NCBI GenBank assembly: GCA_040880305.1
Contig: JBBDIP010000043.1
Coordinates: 12,730 to 76,729, forward strand
Reading direction: 5' to 3'
From: Bacillota bacterium
Lineage (GTDB): Bacteria > Bacillota > Sulfobacillia > Fermentithermobacillales > Fermentithermobacillaceae
Length of the DNA stretch: 64,000 nt
Part shown: positions 31,301-39,668 of the stretch, piece after piece
How the letters are laid out: every line of letters begins with the position of its first letter
Numbering within the stretch: the first letter of the stretch is position 1
Program-made: the position numbers and the translations under genes
Notes under the pieces: model-generated
What the model was told of the DNA's origin: nothing
Database searches by the model: none
The model's input: the letters and a program-made list of their open reading frames with translations, nothing else

Positions 31301-32929
31301 CTAGTCCCCCGACGCCAGTTCAAGGCATCTCCTTAGTGCTGCGTCGTAGGTCGGGTCGGGCTGCGATACGGCTCCGGAAGCCCACTTGGACATGTACACG
31401 AGGATGTCATCGAGGTTCTGCTCCACGAACACGTGGGGCAAGGTGTGGCTTTCCTCGTTCGCGGTGAAATCGGGGTTCAGGCCCATGCCCAGTGGGAACC
31501 TCACCACCATCCCGCTATTTGGCAGGACGACCTCCGCCGGAGTGAAGCCAATGCCGTCACCGCCCGTCCATGTCCCGACGACGGTCGCGAAGCCTGACGC
31601 CTTGCAGAAGGCCGTGAAACCTTCGGCGGCGGAGTAGGAACGGTCGTCTACCAGCAGAAAGATACGGCCCCGGTAATTGACCGAGTCTCGGGGGGTGGCC
31701 CCTACCGTCAAGACGCGGGGGTTCACGAAATCGCCGGTCATGACCTCAGGCGGGATGTTGCCCGCCAGTCCACTTCCGGCCTTCTCGACCAGGGCGGTCT
31801 TTGAGAGTACCTTCAGAGGCATCAGAGCCATCTTGGCCTGCACAAACGGCTGAACGTAGTCCCCCGACCTCCACGTGAGGTAGAAGTCGCAGTCAACTGG
31901 CCCGGGAGTCAGCTGGCCGACGATATCCTGTTCCCAGTAAGAGCTCAGTCCTCCGCCGTTCCCGCGTATGTCGATAATGAGGGCTGGAAGGTGCCGGATC
32001 GATTCAAAGAACCTGCGGAGTACAGGGGCCTCAGTGCGGTCCAGCAGGCTGGCGATCCTAATATAGCCCACATTGCCGCCAGCCAAGATGTCGGTGTACA
32101 GGTTCGGAGTGGGCGAACCGGGATCCGCGTACTTCGGGGGCCAGGGGTAGGTGGCGTCCCACGTTCTACTGGCGTAAGGGACTTGGGCTTCGATGACTGC
32201 TCCTTGTGCGTCCCGCAGAGTCACGCTGAGCGACTCCTCTTCGGTCGGCAACACCAACTCGCGCTGGTATAGGCATTTCTGCGTCGGATCGTAAAGCACC
32301 CGGTACGGGTGGACCGAACCCCGTTGGGCCGCAACGTACTCCCTGACAGGGCGGTCCTCTACCCGCAGCACTGTCATGCCTACCTGGACGTAGCTCTGAA
32401 TGGCCTGTTCCGGTGCGACCCTTACAACCACATACTGCCCTCCGTTGTAGATTGCGAGGAACGGAGGGTACTTGCCCTGTGACGCGACACTCGCTGGCGG
32501 ATAGCAGAGACTGTACCAGTAGTTCATGCGGGCCTCGCTCGTCAAGCGGGCCACGTCCTTCCAGGGCTTTTCGTTCCAGCCCGCCGTGCTTTGAACGCTT
32601 GCCGCCGGCAGGACGTTCGTGTGGCCGTTGTTGACCTGTCTGAGCATCCAGGCAATGGCCTGGGCGAAGCTCGCATCGTCCGCACTCTCTCTGATCGCCT
32701 GCTCGAACTCACCTTCGTGGGAAAGCCAATCATACCCCTCGTTTCTGGCCTTAAGAGCCAGGTAGGGATGGTTGTCTTTGAGGATGCCGAACAGGAAATT
32801 GAAGTCCTCCAGCTTCTGCTCTGTAGTCAGATCCTGCCAGTTGGGAGAGCATCCCGAGAGGAGCCCTGCCAGGAGCAGGGCGAAGAGGGTCAACAGCACT
32901 GCTCGGTAGGAGAACGACCTCTTTCTCAC
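31301..32929 (-). CDS. S41-family peptidase lipoprotein, paralog 3
   Basis: Lipobox LLSGC. Motifs IDIRGNGGG and YSAAEGFTAFCKAS. Colinear with paralogs 1 and 2. Confidence 0.85.
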   Translation of the reverse strand: MRKRSFSYRAVLLTLFALLLAGLLSGCSPNWQDLTTEQKLEDFNFLFGILKDNHPYLALKARNEGYDWLSHEGEFEQAIRESADDASFAQAIAWMLRQVNNGHTNVLPAASVQSTAGWNEKPWKDVARLTSEARMNYWYSLCYPPASVASQGKYPPFLAIYNGGQYVVVRVAPEQAIQSYVQVGMTVLRVEDRPVREYVAAQRGSVHPYRVLYDPTQKCLYQRELVLPTEEESLSVTLRDAQGAVIEAQVPYASRTWDATYPWPPKYADPGSPTPNLYTDILAGGNVGYIRIASLLDRTEAPVLRRFFESIRHLPALIIDIRGNGGGLSSYWEQDIVGQLTPGPVDCDFYLTWRSGDYVQPFVQAKMALMPLKVLSKTALVEKAGSGLAGNIPPEVMTGDFVNPRVLTVGATPRDSVNYRGRIFLLVDDRSYSAAEGFTAFCKASGFATVVGTWTGGDGIGFTPAEVVLPNSGMVVRFPLGMGLNPDFTANEESHTLPHVFVEQNLDDILVYMSKWASGAVSQPDPTYDAALRRCLELASGD

Positions 32930-33065
32930 ATCGGTCCCCCTTCCCCTGGATCAAAAGGTGACTACTAGCTGGCCAGTGCTTTGTCCTTCTGACTGTCTGT
33001 GGCTTTTGTCGAACTAGTTGCTTTGCTGGGTAGAAAGGAAACCATATCCAGGGGTCGAAACTGAC

Positions 33066-33600
33066 TCCAGGAGGATACCATCGGCTTCGGCGCCAGAGAA
33101 GGCACCGAACGCCTTCCTGCTCAACGGAGTGGGGGGCAAGACTCGGGCGACGACACAGACACCGGCAACTTCCATACTGCCATCGTTGAAGGTAAAGCGG
33201 GGTACATACGCATACGGCAGATGCTCCCCAATCCCGATAAGGATATGGATGTTCTCAAGGAGTTCATGGCGACAGCGGGGTCTCTGCCTGCCCTCATAAT
33301 TGACATCCGAGGCAAGGAAACTCATACAAAGCCCGACATCCTTGTCGAGATGACCGCTGCCGATCTTGTTACCTACATGAACGCAATCAGCAAGCGCTTG
33401 ACTGGACCGGATCTCTCGTGGGATGTTGTGCTCAGAAAATGCCTGACGGAAGACAAGTAAGAACTGGGTGTTGAACGCCCACGATGACCCAAAGAGACAC
33501 TTGTCAGTAGCATCCGCCGTGGGGGGTACCCGATATCATCCACGAAGTGAAAGCCAAGGCCCTTCTTCAGGCCCAGCGGGCAAGAGAGCGATCCACATCG
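33066..33600 (+). pseudogene. Decayed duplicate of the paralog-1 S41 3-prime part plus the radical-SAM 5-prime end
   Basis: Nucleotide identity by eye to 26370-26480 and 26985-27230. The translation AGYIRIRQMLPNPDKDMDVLKEFMATAGSLPALIIDIRGK jumps directly to THTKPD...VLRKCLTEDK, so the catalytic core is deleted. Confidence 0.75.
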
Positions 33601-33626
33601 GCTGTAAACTGGGAAGGAGGATAGGC

Positions 33627-34301
33627 TTGAACCGGATGAACGGATGTCACGATTCGCAGGCGGATTCATATGACAAGCAGGTTCTGGCAGATCCCGGCGA
33701 CTACATTCGAGAGAACTATTTTGGGATATTGGACAGGGTAGCAGAGCTTATCCCGGTTGGTCGAAGCCTTCGGATTCTGGACATAGGGATAGGAACAGGG
33801 CTCCTAACAGAGCGAATGCCGCAGAAGATGGATCTCTACGGGATAGACATATCTCCCAAGATGATGGACAAAATCCGCGAAAAGGGCCTCCCAGTGCAAC
33901 TGAAGGTAGGAAGTTTTCTAGACATTCCTTTCCCTGACAGCCATTTTGACAGAATTGTGTCGACCTTCGCTTTTCATCACCTTACGCCCGAAGAGAAGGA
34001 AAAGGCCTACGCTGAAATGCACAGAGTGCTGAAGCCCGATGGGTTCATCATCATCGGCGACTTCATGTTTGAGAGTGAAGCACAAGCCGACCGGCTGTCC
34101 CAGCGGTTTCGCAGCGAGGGGCGAACGGATATGCTTGAGGAATTCGAAGAGGAGTGTTTTACCTACATAGACAGTGCTACTGCGTCTCTGAGTCGCCTCG
34201 GATACAATGTTTGCTACGAAAGAGGTTCTACACTGTCCTGGATAATCAGGGCCACGTCCACGAACTCTCAGAAACACGATGGTCGGGGAGACAGGACTTG
34301 A
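33627..34301 (+). CDS. Class I SAM-dependent methyltransferase (AT-richer gene)
   Basis: Motif ILDIGIGTGLL and post-I LKPDGFIIIGDF. The start is TTG 33627 or ATG 33636 behind GGAAGGAGG. The 3-prime end overlaps tRNA-Pro on the opposite strand. Confidence 0.75.
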   Translation: MNRMNGCHDSQADSYDKQVLADPGDYIRENYFGILDRVAELIPVGRSLRILDIGIGTGLLTERMPQKMDLYGIDISPKMMDKIREKGLPVQLKVGSFLDIPFPDSHFDRIVSTFAFHHLTPEEKEKAYAEMHRVLKPDGFIIIGDFMFESEAQADRLSQRFRSEGRTDMLEEFEEECFTYIDSATASLSRLGYNVCYERGSTLSWIIRATSTNSQKHDGRGDRT

Positions 34302-34355
34302 ACCTGCGGCCTCGTGGTCCCAAACCACGCGCGCTGCCAACTGCGCCACTCCCCG
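34280..34355 (-). tRNA. trnP: tRNA-Pro (anticodon UGG)
   Basis: Reverse complement reads CGGGGAG-TG-GCGC...CGTGG-TTTGGGA-CCACG...GGTTCAAGTCC...CTCCCCG-A-CCA. The cloverleaf was checked by hand. Confidence 0.9.
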
Positions 34356-34414
34356 ACTCATACTCACATTATACGGTTTTGCAGGAGAAGGGCAAACAGA
34401 GGATAAGAGGGGAG

Positions 34415-35812
34415 ATGTTCTCCATGGATCCCATCCAGGACAGGCTGGCGCCTGTTCTGCACCAGTTGGTGCTAGACCTTGAACATAGGTTTCCATATGC
34501 ATCCGCGCTGGTTAAGCGCAGCCGTACGCTCAGCGTTAGATCCTCGTCCAGTGAGGAACGGGTTGATGAGGTCGGGCCGACGGCGGGTGCGGTGTTTGCA
34601 GCGTGGAACGGTGAGCGCTTTTGCGAGGTAGCTACGGGCGACCTGTCAGTGAACGGGCTTGCAGCTGCCGCCAAGGAGTTGGCGGGGAGGGCAGGCCGGG
34701 TGAAGGCCGGAGACGGCGCCCTCGAAGTCCCCACCGGCCCGGCGACCAGCCTATCGTACCGGACTCCGCAGCAGATCGACCCCGATACTGTCTCTCTTGA
34801 ACAGAAGGTGGATCTCTGCCGCAAGGGGCGCGAGCGCGCAGCCTCCCTGGACCCCAGGGTCGTCGAGGCGCAGTGCTCCTACACGGAGGATCACGTCGAG
34901 AGCCTGTTTGTAAGCCGGCTCTCTGAGATGTCCCAGAGGATAGGCCGCGTGACCTTCGGCTTTAACGACGTCTTCCGCGAAGGCGGGGTGGTCCGCTACG
35001 ACGGCGAGGCCAACGGAGGCACCGGCGGCTTCGAACTGGCGACCATTGACGAATCCCAGTGGAATGACGTGGCCTCGCGAATCCTCGGCCTGCTCAAGGC
35101 TACTCCTGTCGAGCCGGGGTACTACGGCGTTGTGGTATCCCCCAGCGCGGCCGGCTTGATCGCTCACGAGGCCTTCGGCCACGGGGTGGAGACCGACATG
35201 TTTCTGAAGGGCAGGGCCAAGTCCCGGGAGTACCTGGGGAAGGCGGTCGGCTCTCTGAAGGTGAACCTGTTCGACGACCCAACCTACCCTGGAGGATACG
35301 GCGCTTACGGTTTCGATGACGAAGGGCAGCCCGCATCCAAAACTCAGATCCTGCGAAACGGCGTGTTCATCCAGGGTCTGACCGACCTGAATTCCGCGAT
35401 GCGGCTTGGGATCCCGCGCACGGCTAACGGGCGCAGGCAGGATGTTAACAAGGCGTATCCCAGGATGACCAATACCTACTTTGGAACCGGCGAAGACCGG
35501 CTAGAAGATATGATCAGCAGTATCGATCGGGGCATTTACCTGGGCCCGACGGAAAGTGGGATGGAGGACCCCAAGGACTGGGGAGTCCAGTGCATCCTCG
35601 CTTGGGGGCGCGTCATCGAGCACGGGAAGCTCACTGACAAGTTCCACCCGCAGGTCGGCCTGACCGGGTACGTCCCCGACCTCCTCGGAAGCATCGACAT
35701 GGTTGGACGGGATATCAAGTTGTACGGCGGAGGCTGCGGGAAGGGCTACAAGGAATTCGTCCGAGTGGGAATGGGTGGCCCTCACCTGAAGATGAAAGCG
35801 AGGTTGGGCTGA
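34415..35812 (+). CDS. tldD: TldD metalloprotease
   Basis: HExxxH motif AHEAFGHGVE. Start moved to the ATG at 34415, because the longer ORF runs through the tRNA. Confidence 0.9.
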   Translation: MFSMDPIQDRLAPVLHQLVLDLEHRFPYASALVKRSRTLSVRSSSSEERVDEVGPTAGAVFAAWNGERFCEVATGDLSVNGLAAAAKELAGRAGRVKAGDGALEVPTGPATSLSYRTPQQIDPDTVSLEQKVDLCRKGRERAASLDPRVVEAQCSYTEDHVESLFVSRLSEMSQRIGRVTFGFNDVFREGGVVRYDGEANGGTGGFELATIDESQWNDVASRILGLLKATPVEPGYYGVVVSPSAAGLIAHEAFGHGVETDMFLKGRAKSREYLGKAVGSLKVNLFDDPTYPGGYGAYGFDDEGQPASKTQILRNGVFIQGLTDLNSAMRLGIPRTANGRRQDVNKAYPRMTNTYFGTGEDRLEDMISSIDRGIYLGPTESGMEDPKDWGVQCILAWGRVIEHGKLTDKFHPQVGLTGYVPDLLGSIDMVGRDIKLYGGGCGKGYKEFVRVGMGGPHLKMKARLG

Positions 35813-37101
35813 TGTTGGAGGCGATCGTCCAAGCCCTCAAGGGTAACAAGGGGGTTCACGACTGGCAGATCCGGAAGGTCCGCACCGTCCAGCATGAGAT
35901 CTACCTCATCGGCGAATCGGTGGAGAGCGAGCGCTCAGTCCTAGCTGAAACCGCCGCCGTGATCCTATACCACGATCAGGATGGGAAGAGAGGCTCGTCA
36001 ACACTGACCTTTGCCTCTGGTGAGATGGAGGATTGCGCGGCCAGGATCGATCGAGCGGTGTACATGGCTTCTCTGGCCGGGAACCCTGCTCATGCCTTGC
36101 CCGGGCCGTTCGTTCAACCGGACGTCCGAGTAAGGGATGCCGCTCTCGCCGAGCGTCCAGGTGAGACCATCGAGGGGTGGCGCGGAGCGCTTCTAACCAC
36201 AGTCAAGTCCGAACCCAAGGTTAGGCTGTCGGCTGCCGAGTTCTTTGTCTATGACGACCAGATCGAGTTCCTGAACAGCCAGGGCGCCGCGTACTCATAT
36301 CCGGCGACCCGCGCCTTCATGGAGTTTGTCCTGGTCTCCCGAGATGAAGGGCTTGAGTCTGAGAACTACCACTCGTTGAGGGTACGTTCAGCCGCGGACC
36401 TGGACATGGCAGCAGTGGCGGGGGAGCGGGCGGCCTTCGCCCGCGACATGCTGCGTGTCTCTATGCCCAAGACGCAGACCGGTCCCGTAGTCATCAGCGG
36501 GGACTCGTTGGGCAACCTGTTCGATCCTTTCTTCTCCCGATCCGATGCCCGGTCGCTCTACCGCGGCATCTTCAAGACCAAGATCGGCGACAGCCTGCTT
36601 AGCCAGGAGATCAAGGGCGATGGGCTCGACCTGGCAATCGACAGGACGATTCCCTTTGGGACGCTTTCCGCCCCCGCCGATGAGGAGGGATTGCCTGCGC
36701 AGCGTGTAGAGATCCTCAAGGGTGGCCGCGTCCGGAGCATCATGGCGAACAAGAGGTTCGCCGACTACTTGGGCATTCGGGCCACAGGCACTTCCGGCAA
36801 CGTCGTGGTCGGACCCGGGACCGCTTCCGAGGCGGAGCTAATCCAGGGCCCGGGAATCCAATTGGTCTCTTTCGCTGACCTCCGAGCGAACCCAGTGACC
36901 GGCGACTTCGTGAGCGAAATCAGGCTGGGATACGAAATTGGGGCCGCCGGGACCAAGCGGCCGCTGAAGGGCGGGTCTGTCGCCGGCAACGTGCTCGACG
37001 CCTTCTGCGATTGCCGGATGAGCAGGGAAATGATGAAGTCAGGCGACTACCATGGACCGAAGTCCATCCGGTTCAACAAGCTTGTGATCTCGGGGGAGTG
37101 A
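35812..37101 (+). CDS. pmbA: PmbA/TldE protease partner
   Basis: TldD/PmbA-family size and C-terminal G-rich beta region. The start overlaps the tldD stop. Confidence 0.8.
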   Translation: MLEAIVQALKGNKGVHDWQIRKVRTVQHEIYLIGESVESERSVLAETAAVILYHDQDGKRGSSTLTFASGEMEDCAARIDRAVYMASLAGNPAHALPGPFVQPDVRVRDAALAERPGETIEGWRGALLTTVKSEPKVRLSAAEFFVYDDQIEFLNSQGAAYSYPATRAFMEFVLVSRDEGLESENYHSLRVRSAADLDMAAVAGERAAFARDMLRVSMPKTQTGPVVISGDSLGNLFDPFFSRSDARSLYRGIFKTKIGDSLLSQEIKGDGLDLAIDRTIPFGTLSAPADEEGLPAQRVEILKGGRVRSIMANKRFADYLGIRATGTSGNVVVGPGTASEAELIQGPGIQLVSFADLRANPVTGDFVSEIRLGYEIGAAGTKRPLKGGSVAGNVLDAFCDCRMSREMMKSGDYHGPKSIRFNKLVISGE

Positions 37102-37103
37102 AA

Positions 37104-38570
37104 CTAGACTCGGATCTCCTTCCACTTCCCCGTCCCAAATCGCCACCTGAACAGCAGTGAGCGCAAGATGAGATCCAGGACCATGGCGTACCATGCTCCT
37201 TGCAGGTGCAGGCCAAGAGTTCCCACCAACAGGTAGGTCAAGACCACCCGTACGCCCCAGGCGCTGGCGCCGGTAATGTACATGACCCACGCGGTGTCGC
37301 CCGCGCCACGCAGGCTGCCCGCAAGGACGTGGTTCACCGCCATGAACGGTTGCGCAATCGCTACGATTCGCACGACGCTGGCTCCCAAAGCAACAACCTC
37401 GGGGTTGTCGGGGATGAACAGCTTCACCACGACCGGAGCGAAGATGAACAGCAAGACACCGGCGCAGCCCATGGCGAGGGTGGCAATCTGTTGGGAGCGT
37501 CTGGCGGCCTTCTCCGCGTTCACATGATCGCCCGCCCCCAGGTACTGGCCCACAAGAGTAGTAGCGGTGGCCCCGAAACTAAAGCCCAGGACAAGCGATA
37601 TGGACTCGGTGCGAAGCGCGATTTGGTGCGCAGCGTAGGCGGCGGTGCCGAGGCCTGCGATTGCTCTGGTGTACACAAGCTGGGCCCCGCGAAGGGTGAG
37701 CCTTTCGCCCGAGGCGGGTACGCCAATACGCAGCACATTACCCAGCGCCTCTTTGTCGGGCCTGAAAGACCCTTTCAACCACTCCTTCAGGGGGTTCGGA
37801 CGGGTTGTAGTGATGCCGATTATCATAAGCATCCCGACGAACCTGGCGAAGGCGGTTGCCAGTCCGGCGCCTTCGGCGTCCATCTGGGGGAATCCGTAGT
37901 TGCCGCCGATGAGCAGGTAATTGCCGACCAAATTCAGGCCGTTCACGACCATCCCGACCCACATCGGCAGCTTGGTGTCGCCTGAACCGCGCAGACCTGC
38001 GGCGAAGGTCATGGTCACATACTCGAAGACCAAAGACAGGCCCTTCCACCAGAAGTACTTGGTGCCCTGCGCGATTACATCCGCCTCGGCTCCCATGAGC
38101 TTAAGGCAGGTCCCTGCGAACGCAGAGAAGATGAGGAAGGAGATGATGCCGATGACGGCCGCGATAAGCAGGGATTGTCGCAAAGTCTGTTGGGCCTCTT
38201 CGTTCCTGCCTGCGCCGACGCGCCGCGCGATGACCGAGGTCGTACCGACTCTGATAGCGTCGAAGAAGCCGGTCGCGATCATCGAGATCTGGTTGGAAAG
38301 TCCGACTGCGGCGACGGCGGCCGCGCCTACTCGCCCGACCATAGCCATGTCGGCCGAATCGACGACCGACTGGAGGAGTCTTTCAGCGATGAGAGGACCC
38401 GCGAGGAACCATATGTTCTGCTCTACGCTGCGGCCGAGTAGGTCGAGCTTCCGGACTCGTCCACGCTGCAATGGCGCAGCTTCAGCTGCGGCCTCATCCG
38501 CCGGGGGCTGGACCTGGGCCTGCGATTCGTCTTTGTAGGTGTTGTCTGGTTCCTGTTGCTCTCTAGGCAT
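37104..38570 (-). CDS. MATE family efflux transporter
   Basis: 12-TM pattern typical of MATE/NorM proteins, with a hydrophilic N-terminus. Start taken at MPREQQ (38570). Confidence 0.85.
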   Translation of the reverse strand: MPREQQEPDNTYKDESQAQVQPPADEAAAEAAPLQRGRVRKLDLLGRSVEQNIWFLAGPLIAERLLQSVVDSADMAMVGRVGAAAVAAVGLSNQISMIATGFFDAIRVGTTSVIARRVGAGRNEEAQQTLRQSLLIAAVIGIISFLIFSAFAGTCLKLMGAEADVIAQGTKYFWWKGLSLVFEYVTMTFAAGLRGSGDTKLPMWVGMVVNGLNLVGNYLLIGGNYGFPQMDAEGAGLATAFARFVGMLMIIGITTTRPNPLKEWLKGSFRPDKEALGNVLRIGVPASGERLTLRGAQLVYTRAIAGLGTAAYAAHQIALRTESISLVLGFSFGATATTLVGQYLGAGDHVNAEKAARRSQQIATLAMGCAGVLLFIFAPVVVKLFIPDNPEVVALGASVVRIVAIAQPFMAVNHVLAGSLRGAGDTAWVMYITGASAWGVRVVLTYLLVGTLGLHLQGAWYAMVLDLILRSLLFRWRFGTGKWKEIRV

Positions 38571-38699
38571 TGAAGAAGTCCCCGCTCGGATATTTAGGGT
38601 ACAAAACAATCACCAAGAATCATATTACGCCCAGCGTGCAAAGGTCAACGTGTCAGAAGGAGAGCGATCCTGCTGAGAGTCACCAAGACTGACCTCCGG

Positions 38700-38903
38700 A
38701 TGACGGCTTGGTCCAGCACCCGGTTTCCCGGGTTTGCGCTCGGCGGAATCCCCTACGGAGGGGTTGGCGTCGTCGTGATGTGTTCAACCAGGTCTCTCAG
38801 GGGGATCATACTGATCGAGACAGGGAAGAAGAAGTACGGCGTGACCCCAGCCGACGAGGCGGAGTTCCTCTCGGAATTGGAGGGGTTCTTGGAGGCGCGG
38901 TGA
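38700..38903 (+). CDS. Possible small protein coupled to the PrsW-like gene
   Basis: ORF ending in a GTGATG overlap with the next gene. The C-terminal part RGIILIETGKKKYGVTPADEAEFLSELEGFL looks protein-like. The start is uncertain. Confidence 0.25.
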   Translation: MTAWSSTRFPGFALGGIPYGGVGVVVMCSTRSLRGIILIETGKKKYGVTPADEAEFLSELEGFLEAR

Positions 38904-39604
38904 TGAACGGGATCCTCTGGGTGGCGGTAGCGGTGACCATCGTGGTCGGGGCGATTGCCGCGTGGACCTGGGATGCTTGGAGCAGGGACCGCAATATCCT
39001 GATCGCGTTCCTCATCGGGCTACCGCTCAGCGCGCTGGCGAATGTCTACGTGAAGACCCCGGTCATCACCGGCATTGAGCGTATCACCTGGCCTTCGGTG
39101 TCCGGCTCCGCTCCGTGGAGGTTCCTTTGGTTGGTGCTCTGGGTCGCGCCTTTGGTGGAGGAGGCGGCCAAACTTTTGCCCCTGGCAGTGCCCGATATCC
39201 GGCAGTCCCTTGCCTCGCCGCGGATGCCCTTTCGGTATGGGATGGCTTCAGGGTTTGGGTTTGGGTTGGGCGAAGCGTGGTACCTGGCCTGGGGGATATC
39301 CCAGAGCCGGATGGACGCCGGCCTGCCGTTTTATTACTTCACGGGCTTCATGTCCGAGCGCCTGCTTGTTGCGTTCGCTCACGGTGTCATGACTTCAGTG
39401 GCCGTAAATGGCGTCGCCTCGAGCGGCGCCTCAGCGCCAGGCGGATACGCGGGAGCGGTCGCGCTTCACGCACTGCTCAACGCCGGCGCGCTTGCATATC
39501 AGGCGGGTCTCATCGGTTCTTCTGCTTCAAACATTGCCATGCTGGTCTCCATCATCGTATTGGCAGTCGTCTTCGAGAGAATGCGGCAAGTCGTGAATGT
39601 TTAG
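38900..39604 (+). CDS. PrsW-family intramembrane protease-like protein
   Basis: Polytopic membrane protein with PLVEEAAKLLP (EExxK) and later AFAHGV / ALHALLN histidine motifs. Confidence 0.65.
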   Translation: MMNGILWVAVAVTIVVGAIAAWTWDAWSRDRNILIAFLIGLPLSALANVYVKTPVITGIERITWPSVSGSAPWRFLWLVLWVAPLVEEAAKLLPLAVPDIRQSLASPRMPFRYGMASGFGFGLGEAWYLAWGISQSRMDAGLPFYYFTGFMSERLLVAFAHGVMTSVAVNGVASSGASAPGGYAGAVALHALLNAGALAYQAGLIGSSASNIAMLVSIIVLAVVFERMRQVVNV

Positions 39605-39668
39605 CACACAGTAGGAAACAGCCCGTCCTCGGCGAAGATGTAACCGTCAGAAAGGAGTGACCCCTACC

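Noticed and set aside
25500-34355. Integrated genomic island or prophage at tRNA-Pro
   Set aside because: No integrase, recombinase or phage genes are present, and I found no direct repeat of the tRNA 3-prime end. Only local compositional patchiness and duplication scars are seen.
34154-34414. N-terminal extension of the TldD ORF
   Set aside because: The extension reads through tRNA-Pro and the methyltransferase 3-prime end. An ATG at 34415 gives a normal TldD N-terminus.
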